This document shows positions 11,171-21,862 of a stretch of 64,000 bases of DNA, piece after piece; the stretch's first letter is position 1; every line of letters starts with the position of its first letter. Below the pieces are notes generated by a model. It saw only the letters and a program-made list of their open reading frames with translations, did no database searches and was not told the origin of the DNA. The stretch is from an uncultured bacterium. Lineage in GTDB: Bacteria > Auribacterota > Erginobacteria > Erginobacterales > Erginobacteraceae. The translations under genes were made by a program, and so were the position numbers. Location: assembly GCA_963822585.1 (NCBI GenBank), contig CAWGIE010000007.1, forward strand, positions 96,001-160,000, written 5' to 3'.

Positions 11171-11255
11171 ACCACGAAGAACACGCAGCTGCTAAGACAT
11201 TCCCGTGCTGTCACTACACTATTCTATCCTTCGCGGCCTTCGTGTACTTCGTGGT
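11171..11255. repeat. CACGAAG 9-mer periodic palindromic element
   Basis: ACCACGAAGAACACGCAG...CTTCGCGGCCTTCGTGTACTTCGTGGT. Confidence 0.8.
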
Positions 11256-11294
11256 AAAATAGCTTTCAGAGCCAGCTGATTATATCCGACGATC

Positions 11295-12053
11295 ATGGAC
11301 AAAGAGATCGGAGAGAAAATCCGGCGGCTGGTTTCCCGCTGCGACGTCTGCATCGTGGACCTGGATCAGTGCGTCTATCCCCGGTTCACCCAGACGGCGC
11401 TGGGAAGACTCCTTCTCATCCGCAGCCTCTCCCCGAAAAACCGGGTCTTCTTCCCCCGGCTTGTCGCCGACGCCTTCTTTATCAGCCTCACCAGAACCCG
11501 GCAGCTTTTCGGCCGCAAGCCCACCAACTTCATGTTGATGTCGGCCTTTTCCCGTGTCATCCGGGGGATGCCCCTGAAACTGATCGAAGAGTGCGCGTCC
11601 CGCCTGCCGGGAAAAGGCCCCCGGGACTGGAGAGAGGCGCTGGGCCGAATCTCGTCCGCGATGGATACATACCTCCTGACTTTCTCCATCGATCCGGTGG
11701 CTGCCGCCTACGGGCGGACGCGGGATTCCGCCGGGCGACCCATCTTCCGGGGATGGAGGGGAACCCCCCTGGCGGTAAGCGGGGAGACGATCGACAAAGT
11801 GATTTTTTCGCCCCGCTCCCTCTCCCCCGAAGCCAAGCTGAAGGCGATGGAAGAGATCATGGCCTCGGGAGGGGGCGAACGGCCGCTGATCATCGGGCAC
11901 GGAGAGGACGAGTCGGCGATGGCGATACGGGCCCGGCGAGAGGGGGGCGGTTCGATCGGCTTTTCGAAAGCGGGGGGAACGGTCGCCGAGTTCGACCTTG
12001 TTCTCCCCGGCAACGCCTGGAAAACCATTGCGAGAGCGTTTTCCGACGTATAG
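11295..12053 (+). CDS. HAD-superfamily-like hypothetical protein
   Basis: IVDLDQC (DxD) motif, conserved K, IIGHGEDE motif-IV-like segment. Confidence 0.55.
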   Translation: MDKEIGEKIRRLVSRCDVCIVDLDQCVYPRFTQTALGRLLLIRSLSPKNRVFFPRLVADAFFISLTRTRQLFGRKPTNFMLMSAFSRVIRGMPLKLIEECASRLPGKGPRDWREALGRISSAMDTYLLTFSIDPVAAAYGRTRDSAGRPIFRGWRGTPLAVSGETIDKVIFSPRSLSPEAKLKAMEEIMASGGGERPLIIGHGEDESAMAIRARREGGGSIGFSKAGGTVAEFDLVLPGNAWKTIARAFSDV

Positions 12054-12082
12054 TATGAGCCCATCCGAGTAACCTCGAAAAA

Positions 12083-12164
12083 GTCATTGCGATCCGCCTC
12101 CGGCGGAGAAGCAATCTCGATAATTATCGCAACAAACTATCATCGAATGGGATGAGATTGCTTC
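12083..12164. repeat. GTCATTGCG/GAAGCAATC REP-like element, copy 3
   Basis: GTCATTGCGATCCGCC..GGCGGAGAAGCAATCTC...GAGATTGCTTC. Confidence 0.7.
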
Positions 12165-12261
12165 TTCTCCCTCACTTCGGTGCTGTTAAAAATTTTATGA
12201 AAGAAAGAATTCGGTAAAGGGGAACTGAATATCCACTATTCAACAGAAAGGAGACATAGTC

Positions 12262-13629
12262 ATGGATCAACCAGACGACTACCGGCTGCAGGACCGCAAC
12301 GGATCGCCTAACGCCCCGGCGGGGGGAACGATCGGTTTTCTGGCGGTAACCGCGATCGGGATCGGGGGGATGGTGGGGGGCGGCATCTTCGCCGTGCTCG
12401 GGCTGGCCGTGATCCTGGCGGGCGGCGGCACTCCGGTCGCCTTCGCCCTGGCCGGCATCGTGGCCATTCTCACCGCCTATTCCTATGCCAAGTTATCGGT
12501 CAGATACCCCAGCGAAGGAGGAACGGTCACCTTCCTCAACCAGGCTTTCGGGACCGGTTGGATAACCGGAAGTCTGAACATTCTACTCTGGCTCAGCTAC
12601 CTGGTGACCCTCTCCCTGTACGCCTATGCCTGCGGAAGCTACGGGGCGACATTCTTCCCGGCGGAAGAGCACGCTCTCTGGAAACATCTCATCCTGAGCG
12701 CGGTGATCGTGATCTTCACCGTGATCAACGCCCTGGGGGCGACTTTCGTCGGCCGGGCGGAGAAGTACATCGTGGCCGTCAAACTGGCGATCCTGGTCTT
12801 TGTCGGCGCTGCCGGGATGTTCTTCGTGAAATGGGTCCGCCTCTCCCCGGACACCTGGGCGGCCGGGCACGGCTCGCCCCTCGCGAACTATCTCTCACTC
12901 CTCGCGGGGGGCATGATCATCTTCGTCGCCTATGAAGGTTTCGAACTCATATCCAACACCGCCAACGACGTGAAGAACCCGAAGAAGACGCTGCCAAGGG
13001 CTTATTACACGTCCGTCGGGTTCGTGATCGTCCTCTATATCGCGATCGCGATCGTGACCGTCGGCAACCTGCTCCCGCAACAGATCGCGGGCGCCCAGGA
13101 CTACGCCCTGGCCGCCGCCGCCCGGCCCAGCCTCCATCACTTCGGCTTCGTTCTGGTCGCGATCGCGGCCCTGCTGGCCACCATGTCGGCGATCAACGCC
13201 ACCCTTTACGGATCGGCCCGGATCAGCTACATCATCGCCAAGACCGGAGAGTTGCCCCGTCGTTTGGACAGGATGAGCAAAAAGGCGCCGATCCCGATGG
13301 AAGGGCTTTTGCTGACCAGCGTCATCTCGCTCCTGATGGCCAATTTTTTTCATATCGACCGGATATCGACGATGGGGTCCGCGGGCTTCCTGATCATCTT
13401 CGCCATGGTCAATCTCGCCAACGTCGTTCTTTCCCGCGAGACCGGCGGCAGCAGGTGGCTCTCCGCCATCGGCTTCGCGGTCTGCCTGATCGCCCTCACC
13501 GCCCTGATCTGGCAGACGGCAGCCACCTCCCCGGGCAACCTCCTGGTCCTGGCGGTGATGGCGGCCCTCTCGGTACTGATCGAGGTCATTTACCGGTCCC
13601 TGACCGGCCGTGAGATCAAGCTGGCATGA
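12262..13629 (+). CDS. APC-family amino acid permease
   Basis: GIGGMVGGGIF, FVAYEGFELI, KNPKKTLPRA; about 12 TM segments. Confidence 0.85.
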   Translation: MDQPDDYRLQDRNGSPNAPAGGTIGFLAVTAIGIGGMVGGGIFAVLGLAVILAGGGTPVAFALAGIVAILTAYSYAKLSVRYPSEGGTVTFLNQAFGTGWITGSLNILLWLSYLVTLSLYAYACGSYGATFFPAEEHALWKHLILSAVIVIFTVINALGATFVGRAEKYIVAVKLAILVFVGAAGMFFVKWVRLSPDTWAAGHGSPLANYLSLLAGGMIIFVAYEGFELISNTANDVKNPKKTLPRAYYTSVGFVIVLYIAIAIVTVGNLLPQQIAGAQDYALAAAARPSLHHFGFVLVAIAALLATMSAINATLYGSARISYIIAKTGELPRRLDRMSKKAPIPMEGLLLTSVISLLMANFFHIDRISTMGSAGFLIIFAMVNLANVVLSRETGGSRWLSAIGFAVCLIALTALIWQTAATSPGNLLVLAVMAALSVLIEVIYRSLTGREIKLA

Positions 13630-14963
13630 AGACGCGCCCGTTCTTCGGGGTTGAGGATCAGCTGAATCTCACCACCGTCCTTCTGGGCGGCATCCAGCAC
13701 GTCCTGGCCATGTTCGTGGGGATCGTCACTCCCCCCCTCATCATCGCCTGTTCCCTCTGTCTCGACCCGGCCAAAACCGGCTTCCTGGTGAGCATGGCCC
13801 TCTTCACCTCCGGCATCACCACCTTCATCCAGGTCAAGCGCTTCGGGCCGTTCGGTTCGGGACTGCTCAGCGTGCAGGGGACCAGCTTTACCTTCGTTCC
13901 CCTCTCCATCCAGGCCGGCCTGGCGGGGGGACTGCCCCTGATCTTCGGGATGACGATGGCCGGCGCGCCGGTGGAGATGATCCTGAGCCGCTTCATCCAC
14001 TTCGCCCGCCGGCTCTTCCCCCCGGTCGTGACCGGCTCGGTGGTGATGCTGATCGGGACCGGGCTGATCGGGGTTGGGATCACCGACCTGGCCGGGGGTA
14101 GCGGCAATCCCGACTTCGGCAGCCCCGCCAACCTTCTTCTGGGGATTTTCGTGATGGCGGTCATCATCGTTCTCAACCGCTTCGGCCGGGGCTTCCTCAG
14201 CACCATTGCCATCGCCCTGGGCATAGTAGCAGGTTACCTCCTGGCGTCGCTACTGGGCCGGGTTGACTTCTCCCCCTTTCATACGGCCGGCTTGCTGACC
14301 ATACCGCAACCCCTGAAATTCGGGATCGATTTTGACCCCCGCTACCTGCTCCCCTGGATCATCGGCTACCTGATCACCACCATCGAGTCGATCGGAGATC
14401 TGACCGCCAGCTCCGGTGTCTCCCGGGAACCGGTGGAAGGGCCCGTTTTCATCCGGCGTCTGGAAGGGGGCATCCTCTCGGACGGGACGGGAAGCCTGCT
14501 GGCGGGGTTTTTCAACGCCATGCCCAACACCACCTTCTCCCAGAACAACGGGGTGATCGGACTGACCGGCGTCGCCTCCCGGCGGGTCGGATATGGGGTG
14601 GCCGGGATTTTGGTCCTGCTCGGCTTCTTTCCCCGGGTGGCCGCTTTGATCAGCGTGATGCCGAAGCCGGTCCTGGGAGGCGCCACCACCATCATGTTCG
14701 CCATGGTGGCGGTCGCCGGTCTGAAGATAATCGTCTCCGGCGGACTGGGCGTCCGGAACCAGTTCATTCTGGCCATCACTCTGGCGGCCGGGTTGGGAAT
14801 CGAGATGGTACCGGGCGCTCTGGACGGGCTCGGGGGAACAGGCGCCGGGTCCGGAATTTTGTTCGGGTCCCTCTCCGCCATCCTGCGCTCGGGGCTGGCC
14901 ATGGGAGCGATCGTAGCCACCACCCTCAACCTGATCCTACCCCGGGACGCCGGGAGCGACTAA
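13626..14963 (+). CDS. NCS2 nucleobase:cation symporter (xanthine/uric acid type)
   Basis: QHVLAM, GTSFTF, ESIGD and NAT motif PNTTFSQNNGVIGLTGVASR. Confidence 0.9.
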   Translation: MKTRPFFGVEDQLNLTTVLLGGIQHVLAMFVGIVTPPLIIACSLCLDPAKTGFLVSMALFTSGITTFIQVKRFGPFGSGLLSVQGTSFTFVPLSIQAGLAGGLPLIFGMTMAGAPVEMILSRFIHFARRLFPPVVTGSVVMLIGTGLIGVGITDLAGGSGNPDFGSPANLLLGIFVMAVIIVLNRFGRGFLSTIAIALGIVAGYLLASLLGRVDFSPFHTAGLLTIPQPLKFGIDFDPRYLLPWIIGYLITTIESIGDLTASSGVSREPVEGPVFIRRLEGGILSDGTGSLLAGFFNAMPNTTFSQNNGVIGLTGVASRRVGYGVAGILVLLGFFPRVAALISVMPKPVLGGATTIMFAMVAVAGLKIIVSGGLGVRNQFILAITLAAGLGIEMVPGALDGLGGTGAGSGILFGSLSAILRSGLAMGAIVATTLNLILPRDAGSD

Positions 14964-14978
14964 GACGGAATACGCTTT

Positions 14979-16538
14979 ATGCGGCAGGAAGCGAACAATC
15001 GGCCAGACGCCTCTCATCCCCCGGCCGGGGTGCTCGTCCTGCTCGCGCTGATCCCGGTCGTCATCGGCGGATTTTTACGCCTGATCTTTTTCGAGCAGAT
15101 AGAATTCGGGATGGACGGGGTCACCGCCATTCTGACCACGAAATTCTGGCTCAGCCACGGCGTTCCTTTCTACGGCCAGATGAGCGGAGCCGGGGTGATG
15201 ATGCCCCCCGGCTTCATTTTCTTCCTCTATCCCCTGGTCAAGCTCACCGGGTCTCCCCTGACGATCTGCTTCGCCGTCACCTGCTGCAACATCGCCGCCG
15301 TCTGGCTGATCTGCCGGCTGGGGGCGGAGGCCGGCGGACCCCGGGCCGGATTCTGGGCCGGCGCCTTCATGGCCGTCCATCCCTGGCTGATCATCTACTC
15401 CCGGATGATCTGGCCGCAGTGCCTCCTCCCCTTCTTCGTCACGCTTTTCCTGATCATCCTGGCCGTCTGCACCCGGCGGCCGAAAAGTCGGCTGATCTTC
15501 TGGTGCGGGCCCCTGCTCAGCCTGACCTGGCAGATCCATTACTCGGCCTACTGCGTCCTCGTCTTCTTCATCATCTGGTTCGCGGCCCAGGCCATTGCCG
15601 GACGAATACGCTGGACCTGGGCGGCGGCGGGGTTCCTGGCCGGGCTTCTCATCTTCTATCCGCACCTTCATTTCCTCATTTACTCCGACTTCCAGTCCCT
15701 GCGCCAGGCGGTGGCGGGCGCCGGCGAAAGGATACCTTTCTTCACCAACCTCCGCTCGCTCGTCGTCCTTTTCGGCGCGACCTCTTTCGCCGGGGGGCTC
15801 GGTTTTTTCTTCCAGAATTCGCAATTCCACCTTCTTGCCATCGCCCAAACCCCCCTGGGACAGCTCCATCCCTGGCTGGCCCCGGCGGCCGGCGGCAGTT
15901 CGGCCGCCGTGATCCTCCTGGTCCTGGCGGGGTTTTTCTTCCGGCGACGGATCTTGTCCGGCTTCACCCCCTGGCTGGGGCTGATGGCCGTCCTGCCGGT
16001 GATCCTCTACTCCGTCAAGGGGGCTAGAGTCCCCCCCTGGTATTTCCTGGTCGGGTTGCCCGCCGTGGTCACACTGGCCGGCGAGGGGATGGAACGCATA
16101 ACCGAGGCCGGCGTAAGGCGCCTCCCCCGCGCCATCGGGCGACGGCTGCCCCTTCTCCTCGGCGGATTCATCGTCCTGGCGGGAGGGCTGATCTGGCTCG
16201 TCTTTCTCGGTTACATCAAGGAAAACGGAGGAACCGGAGGGATGTATGGCCCGACCTACCGGGTCCAGAAACAGGCGGCGGAGAAACTGCTGGAGGAGCG
16301 GATCCCCTTCGACCGGATCGATCTCTCCCTCACCCGAGGGAAGGGGTTCGGGGTCGCCTATCTCCTGGATTACCTGAATGGGTGGGGGCGCAAGATCGAA
16401 CCCGGCGGTTTCTCCGAAAATCAGGCGCGGGTTGTCGACACCCTGCTTTTTCCGGGCGAGAGATGTTCGGGCGAAGAAACCCCGGCGGCGCTGCCATCGC
16501 CGAACCCGTTGCTAATCTGCATCTCCCCGGCGGATTGA
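14979..16538 (+). CDS. GT-C fold (GT39/ArnT/PMT-like) membrane glycosyltransferase
   Basis: LRL..EFGMD loop, HPWLIIYSRMIW, QIHYS; many TM segments. Confidence 0.6.
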   Translation: MRQEANNRPDASHPPAGVLVLLALIPVVIGGFLRLIFFEQIEFGMDGVTAILTTKFWLSHGVPFYGQMSGAGVMMPPGFIFFLYPLVKLTGSPLTICFAVTCCNIAAVWLICRLGAEAGGPRAGFWAGAFMAVHPWLIIYSRMIWPQCLLPFFVTLFLIILAVCTRRPKSRLIFWCGPLLSLTWQIHYSAYCVLVFFIIWFAAQAIAGRIRWTWAAAGFLAGLLIFYPHLHFLIYSDFQSLRQAVAGAGERIPFFTNLRSLVVLFGATSFAGGLGFFFQNSQFHLLAIAQTPLGQLHPWLAPAAGGSSAAVILLVLAGFFFRRRILSGFTPWLGLMAVLPVILYSVKGARVPPWYFLVGLPAVVTLAGEGMERITEAGVRRLPRAIGRRLPLLLGGFIVLAGGLIWLVFLGYIKENGGTGGMYGPTYRVQKQAAEKLLEERIPFDRIDLSLTRGKGFGVAYLLDYLNGWGRKIEPGGFSENQARVVDTLLFPGERCSGEETPAALPSPNPLLICISPAD

Positions 16539-16546
16539 TGTAATAA

Positions 16547-16755
16547 GAGCTTACTCGGAAAATTCGTAAGCTCTCAAATCCTAATATCTAAATACTAAAT
16601 CCTAAACAATATCAAATGACCAAAACTAAAAAATCCCAAACGATGGGGCTGAAACCGGCGACATTTGAAACATTTGATCATTTTGATTTTGGATTTATTT
16701 AGGATTTCGATATTAGGATTTAGGATTTTCTGCTCGGAATCCTTTTCGAGCAGGG
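16547..16755. repeat. AAATCCT 7-mer periodic palindromic element with CT(A/G)CTCGAAAA-type termini (MITE-like)
   Basis: Reverse complement aligns with 32852-33054; termini shared with 43146-43340. Confidence 0.8.
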
Positions 16756-16840
16756 AATAATTAGCACCTGATTAACTCTGCTTGACCTGAAAAAGCAACA
16801 ATCAGGGTTCTCTTCCGTTGAGTCCGGTAATCAGTCGGTG

Positions 16841-17743
16841 TCAGATCAGCCCCTTGAAGGGGAACCCCTTGTAGACGACCAGGTGATTCTGGAACTGGAC
16901 CAGGGGCTGTTTCTTCAGCCAGAATTCCCGGTAGATATATTCCGTTATCTCTTCTTTCTGCCGCCGGTTATAAACATGAACATTGGGATAGAGCAGGATC
17001 ATCCAGATCACGGCCATGAACTTCCCGAAATCATCGACAAAGAACTTGACCTCGTGGGTGCGGAGAAGCACCTGGGCTTTTTGAAAAACTTTATTACGCC
17101 CCAGCCGGTTACCAAAGGCCAGAAGGTCCTGATCGTTGTGACAACCAAAGAATTTTCCGGCAAAGTGGTTATAGAGCCACGTCGTCGAACGGCGGTCCGA
17201 ACTTTTTGAGGCCATCATGACGGCGTGGATCGCCCCCCGCGGGGACAGGATCGTCCTCTGCAGGTTCTCGAAGAGCCCCTCCCATTGCCCTTCCTCCGAG
17301 TAATAGAGGGAGTGGTGCAGGGTGACCAGGTCCATTTTCTTCCCGGCCAGCCGGCTTGCCAGAAACGCCCGGGCGTTGCCGGGTTCCATCAGGACCCGGT
17401 TATAATCGGCCCGGATCGTTTTCACGTGCGTGATCCATTGCCGTCGAAGCCGTTCCTGCACGATGCCGAGCGGCACCCGGTCGATGTCCAGCAGGAAAAG
17501 TCCGCCCCGGAAGGCGGCTTCCAGGATCCGGAACTGCGGCTCCGACCCCGAACCGATGGAGAGGGCGCGCAGGCGCCGGGAGAGGGGGACCGCCCGGTCC
17601 AGCGACCGGATGACCGCGGTCAGCACCTCCCCGATATCGACCTTGTCGGAGCTGAACCGCGACCATATCTCGTCTTCGTTATACATGTCGGCATCGCCCG
17701 CCCGGATACCGGTCTCGATCAATTTCGTCATCAGGTTTTTCAT
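16841..17743 (-). CDS. Class I SAM-dependent methyltransferase-like protein
   Basis: ALSIGSGSE motif I, LLDID, DLVTLHHSLYY, ILSPRG. Confidence 0.65.
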   Translation of the reverse strand: MKNLMTKLIETGIRAGDADMYNEDEIWSRFSSDKVDIGEVLTAVIRSLDRAVPLSRRLRALSIGSGSEPQFRILEAAFRGGLFLLDIDRVPLGIVQERLRRQWITHVKTIRADYNRVLMEPGNARAFLASRLAGKKMDLVTLHHSLYYSEEGQWEGLFENLQRTILSPRGAIHAVMMASKSSDRRSTTWLYNHFAGKFFGCHNDQDLLAFGNRLGRNKVFQKAQVLLRTHEVKFFVDDFGKFMAVIWMILLYPNVHVYNRRQKEEITEYIYREFWLKKQPLVQFQNHLVVYKGFPFKGLI

Positions 17744-17858
17744 GATCCTTTATCTCCTTCTAAATTAACGGCCATGCTGTTCATTTAAAAAGTAATATTT
17801 CCCCGGTTCCGATATTTCTACCCCGGTTTAACATATCCTGGCACCGTTGGTCTGTTTT

Positions 17859-18671
17859 TTACACGCTATTATTTTTCCGCAGGAAAAATAATAGACGATA
17901 GGCGATGATCCCGAGCCATTCATGGAGACACCGGGTGGAGACGGCAAGACACTGCGCGCTGGGCAGGAGACTGAGAGGGTCGAGCGAAAAATCGCCGGCC
18001 AGGAAATCGGCGGGAGCGGGCAGAGGCTCGATCCCGGCATTCTTCATGACCAGGACCGAGCGGCTCATGTGTGTCGATGACGTCACCAGGACGACGCGGT
18101 GAACCGGTCTGCCGGGGAACATACGATCGAGAAGCCGTTTTGTTTCCCGCGCGTTTTCATACGTATTGCGGGAGACCTCCTCCGTCCGGAAATCAGACGC
18201 CGGGATACCCATCGAGACGGCGTAACTCCGGGCCAGACCCGCTTCGAATGATTCCGGGTCGAAAGGATTGCCGCTGCCGCCGCTGTAAATGATCGGCAGC
18301 CGCCCGCCGTATTCCCGGTAGAGTTCAATGCCGTGCCAGAGCCGGTTCCAACTCGGTCCCTGCAGTTCGGGTCGAGGGCTGGCGGACCCCTTCTTCACGG
18401 CTCCGCCGGCCAGGACGACGATCGCTTCCGGCCCCGGATCCCCGGGAATCGGAAGGGGGGTGGCGGGAACCGCGCTCTCCAGGCTTTTCACCAGCAGGAA
18501 GGCGACCGGGCCGGTGGAGAGGAGGTAATAGCCGGCCAGAGTCACGGCGAGGATTATTCTTCCCCACTTCCATTTTTTCCTGAACAACAGGTAGAGGGAA
18601 ACCGCCATCCCGATCAGGATCGCGGTGGGCGGGAGAAAAAAGGGTTTTATCAGTTTTAAAAAGGTAAACAT
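17859..18671 (-). CDS. YdcF/ElyC/SanA (DUF218) family protein
   Basis: IVVLAGG, IIYSGG, SRNTYENA, LVTSSTHMSRS, LHEWLG. Confidence 0.88.
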   Translation of the reverse strand: MFTFLKLIKPFFLPPTAILIGMAVSLYLLFRKKWKWGRIILAVTLAGYYLLSTGPVAFLLVKSLESAVPATPLPIPGDPGPEAIVVLAGGAVKKGSASPRPELQGPSWNRLWHGIELYREYGGRLPIIYSGGSGNPFDPESFEAGLARSYAVSMGIPASDFRTEEVSRNTYENARETKRLLDRMFPGRPVHRVVLVTSSTHMSRSVLVMKNAGIEPLPAPADFLAGDFSLDPLSLLPSAQCLAVSTRCLHEWLGIIAYRLLFFLRKNNSV

Positions 18672-18864
18672 TATAAATTAGCGTCTCCGGCGCTCATTTA
18701 ATGAATTTTCACTTTTTAAACTTAAAACAGATTGATGATAGTCTAAAAATGAGTTCGTGTCCAACAGCGCAATCCATAACGGTAAGCCCTGAGCATTATA
18801 CGGGAAAAAACAATACTTTTTCGTCTGTTTCGGAAAAGCAACTAAAACAGCAGTTCGGCAAAGA

Positions 18865-20415
18865 CTATTCGCCTCGCACGCCGTGAACGAATATCAGGTC
18901 GGGGGGCGCGCCCGACCGGTAGGTCTCCTCGATCGTCCGGAGCAGGGGGTACTTTTCCGGATGGGCCCGGATGTACTTGATCGTGTAATAACACCAGATA
19001 AGCGATGGGTCGTCGGTACCGAGGGGGGCCAGATAATGCTGCCCGTAGAGCAGGTACCGGATCGCATACCGGCGGATCAGGTTATCCAGGACGGCGGGCG
19101 AAACCGGGAGCGCCAGCACACGCTTCCCGGTCAGATAAGCCAATTCCGGCGGATAGCCGACCTGGGCCATCACCCCGTCACCGGGAAGGCCGTTGATGAA
19201 GGCGGCGGTCCGGGACGCTTCGACCTCTTTTTGCTGAAGAAAGACAAGATGCCGGGCATCTTTCAGGTATATGACCGCGGCCGCGGCGAGAACCGCGACC
19301 AGGGTCCAGGCCAGCACCTTCCTGAAGAGCAGGGGTCGGGGGAAGCGTCCCGCCAGCAGGTTCAGCCCCTGGCTGAAGAAATAGCTCATCGGCAGAAGGA
19401 TCGGGATCAGGAAACGAGGCTCCGGGTGGAGGACGACCGGAAGGGCAAAAAGGAGCAGCATGACCGCGAAGAAAAAGTCCGCGCTCCGCCGGAGCCGCCC
19501 TCTCAGGAGCGCCCGGAGGGCGCTGTAAACGGCGACAACGGCGATGAAGAAATAAAAGATCAAGTAAAAAAATCCGGGGATGATGACGAGCGGGGAAAGA
19601 GGGTAGACATTGGCGTTGATCCGGAACTCCGAGAAGTCGGGGCTGAAATTAAACATGGTCCGGGTGACGGGGAAATAGCGCGGCGTAAAAAGATGCCGGG
19701 CCGTAAAATCGCGCACGTACTCGATCGTGCCGTCCACGCCGGCGGGATAGAAATCATTCTCCGTGAAGATCCGCCATCTCACCGCCAGCCAGCACCCGTA
19801 AACGGCCAGGAGAAGAAGCAGGGGGATAAGAACCGCCTTCAGATGAACGCCGCGGGGACGGAAGATCAAGTAGGCGGCCGCGAAACAGGGAAAGAGAGAA
19901 ACGGCGAGGTCCGAGGTCAGACCGCAGGCCGCGGCCGCTCCCCCGGCGCCCAGAAGAATCGGGACGGAGGGATAAATCACTCCCCGGATAAAGAGATAAA
20001 GGCTGAGCGTAAAGAATCCCAGGAACAGGGAGTCCTTGTAGATGACCCGTGAGGTCGGGATATGCAGAGGCGATACGGCGAGGATGAAGAGGGCGATGGT
20101 GATCCAGTAGCGGCCTTTGCCCAGGAGGCGAAAAAGGCAGAACAGCGACCAGAAAACGACCATGGAAAAGAACAGAGAGACGGCAATCCCGGCGATATGG
20201 TCGGGGAGGAGCAGGGAAAAAAGACGGATGGCGCCGGGGAAAAGGGGCGGATGGACGATGTACAGCTGATTATTGAAGAGCAGGTGCCGGGGGAAGGAGC
20301 GCGCCAGGGCGAGGTATTTCGCTTCATCCAGGGAGATGAAGCAGAATGAAGATGAAACAAATATCCGTACCAGGAGAAAGAGAAGAAAGGTCGCAATTAC
20401 CGGGGCATTCTTCAC
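18865..20415 (-). CDS. GT-C fold (GT39-like) membrane glycosyltransferase
   Basis: SLDEAKY, HPPLF, EPRFLIP; multi-TM with soluble C-terminal tail; GTG start overlaps the upstream stop. Confidence 0.65.
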   Translation of the reverse strand: MKNAPVIATFLLFLLVRIFVSSSFCFISLDEAKYLALARSFPRHLLFNNQLYIVHPPLFPGAIRLFSLLLPDHIAGIAVSLFFSMVVFWSLFCLFRLLGKGRYWITIALFILAVSPLHIPTSRVIYKDSLFLGFFTLSLYLFIRGVIYPSVPILLGAGGAAAACGLTSDLAVSLFPCFAAAYLIFRPRGVHLKAVLIPLLLLLAVYGCWLAVRWRIFTENDFYPAGVDGTIEYVRDFTARHLFTPRYFPVTRTMFNFSPDFSEFRINANVYPLSPLVIIPGFFYLIFYFFIAVVAVYSALRALLRGRLRRSADFFFAVMLLLFALPVVLHPEPRFLIPILLPMSYFFSQGLNLLAGRFPRPLLFRKVLAWTLVAVLAAAAVIYLKDARHLVFLQQKEVEASRTAAFINGLPGDGVMAQVGYPPELAYLTGKRVLALPVSPAVLDNLIRRYAIRYLLYGQHYLAPLGTDDPSLIWCYYTIKYIRAHPEKYPLLRTIEETYRSGAPPDLIFVHGVRGE

Positions 20416-20876
20416 TCTTCCTCCCTGATCTCCGTTTCCACGATTACCGGGATGGCGGGGGTTTTTCTTTCTTCCGTCACCGCGTTGCCCGATGCCTGCG
20501 CTTCCTTGAGCCAGAAGATCAGGGTGTAGGACTGCCAGCCGCTGTACCAGTCGGTGGTCAGGTCGACGGTTTTCAAGGCCCCCAGTTCGCGGCTCTTTTC
20601 GGTCACCATCCCCACGGCGCTGTCGGGGCTGACGGTATCACGGAAGAAATGCCAGCTCCCCGGTTCCCGGCAACTCCCGGTGATGACCGGGCAGGACTCG
20701 AATCCGAGGAAGTAGATTCCCCAGATGTCGGAGTGGACGTGGGCGACCGGGCGGGCGCCGGACTCGGTCAGCTGCTGGTCGTGCAGCTCCGAAGTCACGA
20801 AAACGCTCGAGCACCCCGCGGCGACCCACGCCGTCAGACCGAGGAGGCCGGGAATTATCGTCTTCGACGGGATCAT
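20412..20876 (-). CDS. Hypothetical lipoprotein
   Basis: Lipobox-like AAGC after a hydrophobic stretch; GAGG RBS. Confidence 0.55.
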   Translation of the reverse strand: MIPSKTIIPGLLGLTAWVAAGCSSVFVTSELHDQQLTESGARPVAHVHSDIWGIYFLGFESCPVITGSCREPGSWHFFRDTVSPDSAVGMVTEKSRELGALKTVDLTTDWYSGWQSYTLIFWLKEAQASGNAVTEERKTPAIPVIVETEIREEE

Positions 20877-20912
20877 CGTTTCACCTCTTCTTCGTCTTCG
20901 ACCAAGCTGTAC

Positions 20913-20933
20913 ATTAGCGCCGAAGGCGCTAAT
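20913..20933. repeat. ATTAGCGCC-GAA-GGCGCTAAT mini-hairpin repeat
   Basis: Perfect 9-bp stem; inverted copy at 45254-45274, degenerate copies near 18677, 32293 and 58602. Confidence 0.65.
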
Positions 20934-20974
20934 TTAAGAGAATATACTATTATCTTCTTTTCCCGCAGAAAAAA

Positions 20975-21001
20975 GTAACCTTTTCCCGCCGGGGAACGAT
21001 T
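20975..21001 (+). promoter_or_regulatory. Putative ECF-sigma promoter
   Basis: GTAACC-N16-CGATT upstream of the Spy-like gene next to an ECF sigma gene. Confidence 0.4.
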
Positions 21002-21076
21002 AGGGTGACGCGGGAAATAGTAACAACAACCCGCGTCAACCAGCTTAAACCCCGAAAGGGGAAGGAGGAGAAAGGC

Positions 21077-21574
21077 ATGAAGAAGAAAAAGACAATGGCG
21101 ATGGTATTGATCGGGCTGGCCGTTGCCGGCGGAGCGATCCCGACCGTCCAGGCCCGGGATGCGGGGGATGTTACCCTCGCTCCGGCGGCACGGATCGGGC
21201 AGTTGCTGCTGAAGCTGGATCTGAGCGACGTCCAGAAAAAAGAGATCGCCGAGGTCATCACCCGCAACCGGGAGGGGAACCGGGAAATGATCCGGGAAAT
21301 CATCGCCGCCCGGCGGGAGCTGACAACTGCCATTCACGGCGGCGCCTTCGACGAGGTCGCCGTCCGGACTTCCGCCCGTGTGGTCGGAAACATGGCCGAG
21401 GAGTTCGCCGTCCGGCGGGCCCGCCAGTCGGCCGAGATCCGGTCGATTCTCACCGAGCCACAGCGGGCGCTGCTCCGGGAAGCCGGGGAAGGAATCTTCG
21501 AAAAGATCGAGGGGAGACTGGACCAGGCTTACCTGCTGGTCGATCTCTGGGCCGCGCGGCAGGCGGAGTTGTAA
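21077..21574 (+). CDS. Spy/CpxP-family periplasmic protein
   Basis: Signal peptide; LDLSDVQK and ILTEPQR (LTxxQ) motifs; AGGAGG RBS. Confidence 0.8.
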   Translation: MKKKKTMAMVLIGLAVAGGAIPTVQARDAGDVTLAPAARIGQLLLKLDLSDVQKKEIAEVITRNREGNREMIREIIAARRELTTAIHGGAFDEVAVRTSARVVGNMAEEFAVRRARQSAEIRSILTEPQRALLREAGEGIFEKIEGRLDQAYLLVDLWAARQAEL

Positions 21575-21587
21575 CCCGCAAAATAAA

Positions 21588-21641
21588 GGACGGGCAACGG
21601 CCCGGACGGCGCGAGACGCCCTCCGGGCCGTTGCCCGGTCC
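21588..21641. terminator. Long GC hairpin after the Spy-like gene
   Basis: 16-bp perfect stem CGGGCAACGGCCCGGA/TCCGGGCCGTTGCCCG; no U-tract on the + strand. Confidence 0.45.
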
Positions 21642-21862
21642 GAAACGAGTCGGAAGGGGATGAAAAAATGAGAGGAGACGTCCGGCGACCTCACTGACGG
21701 CGCCCCTGGCCGCCGCGACTACAAGTTTGGCGGTTATCATTTTTTGTCCGATATGGTATCTATAGGGATCCCCTTGATGCGGATTGAAGCCTGATTTTTC
21801 TCAACCGATAGGCCGACATTCTTCAATGAAACGGGGGATGGCCCGGGAACGGCGGTTCGTTC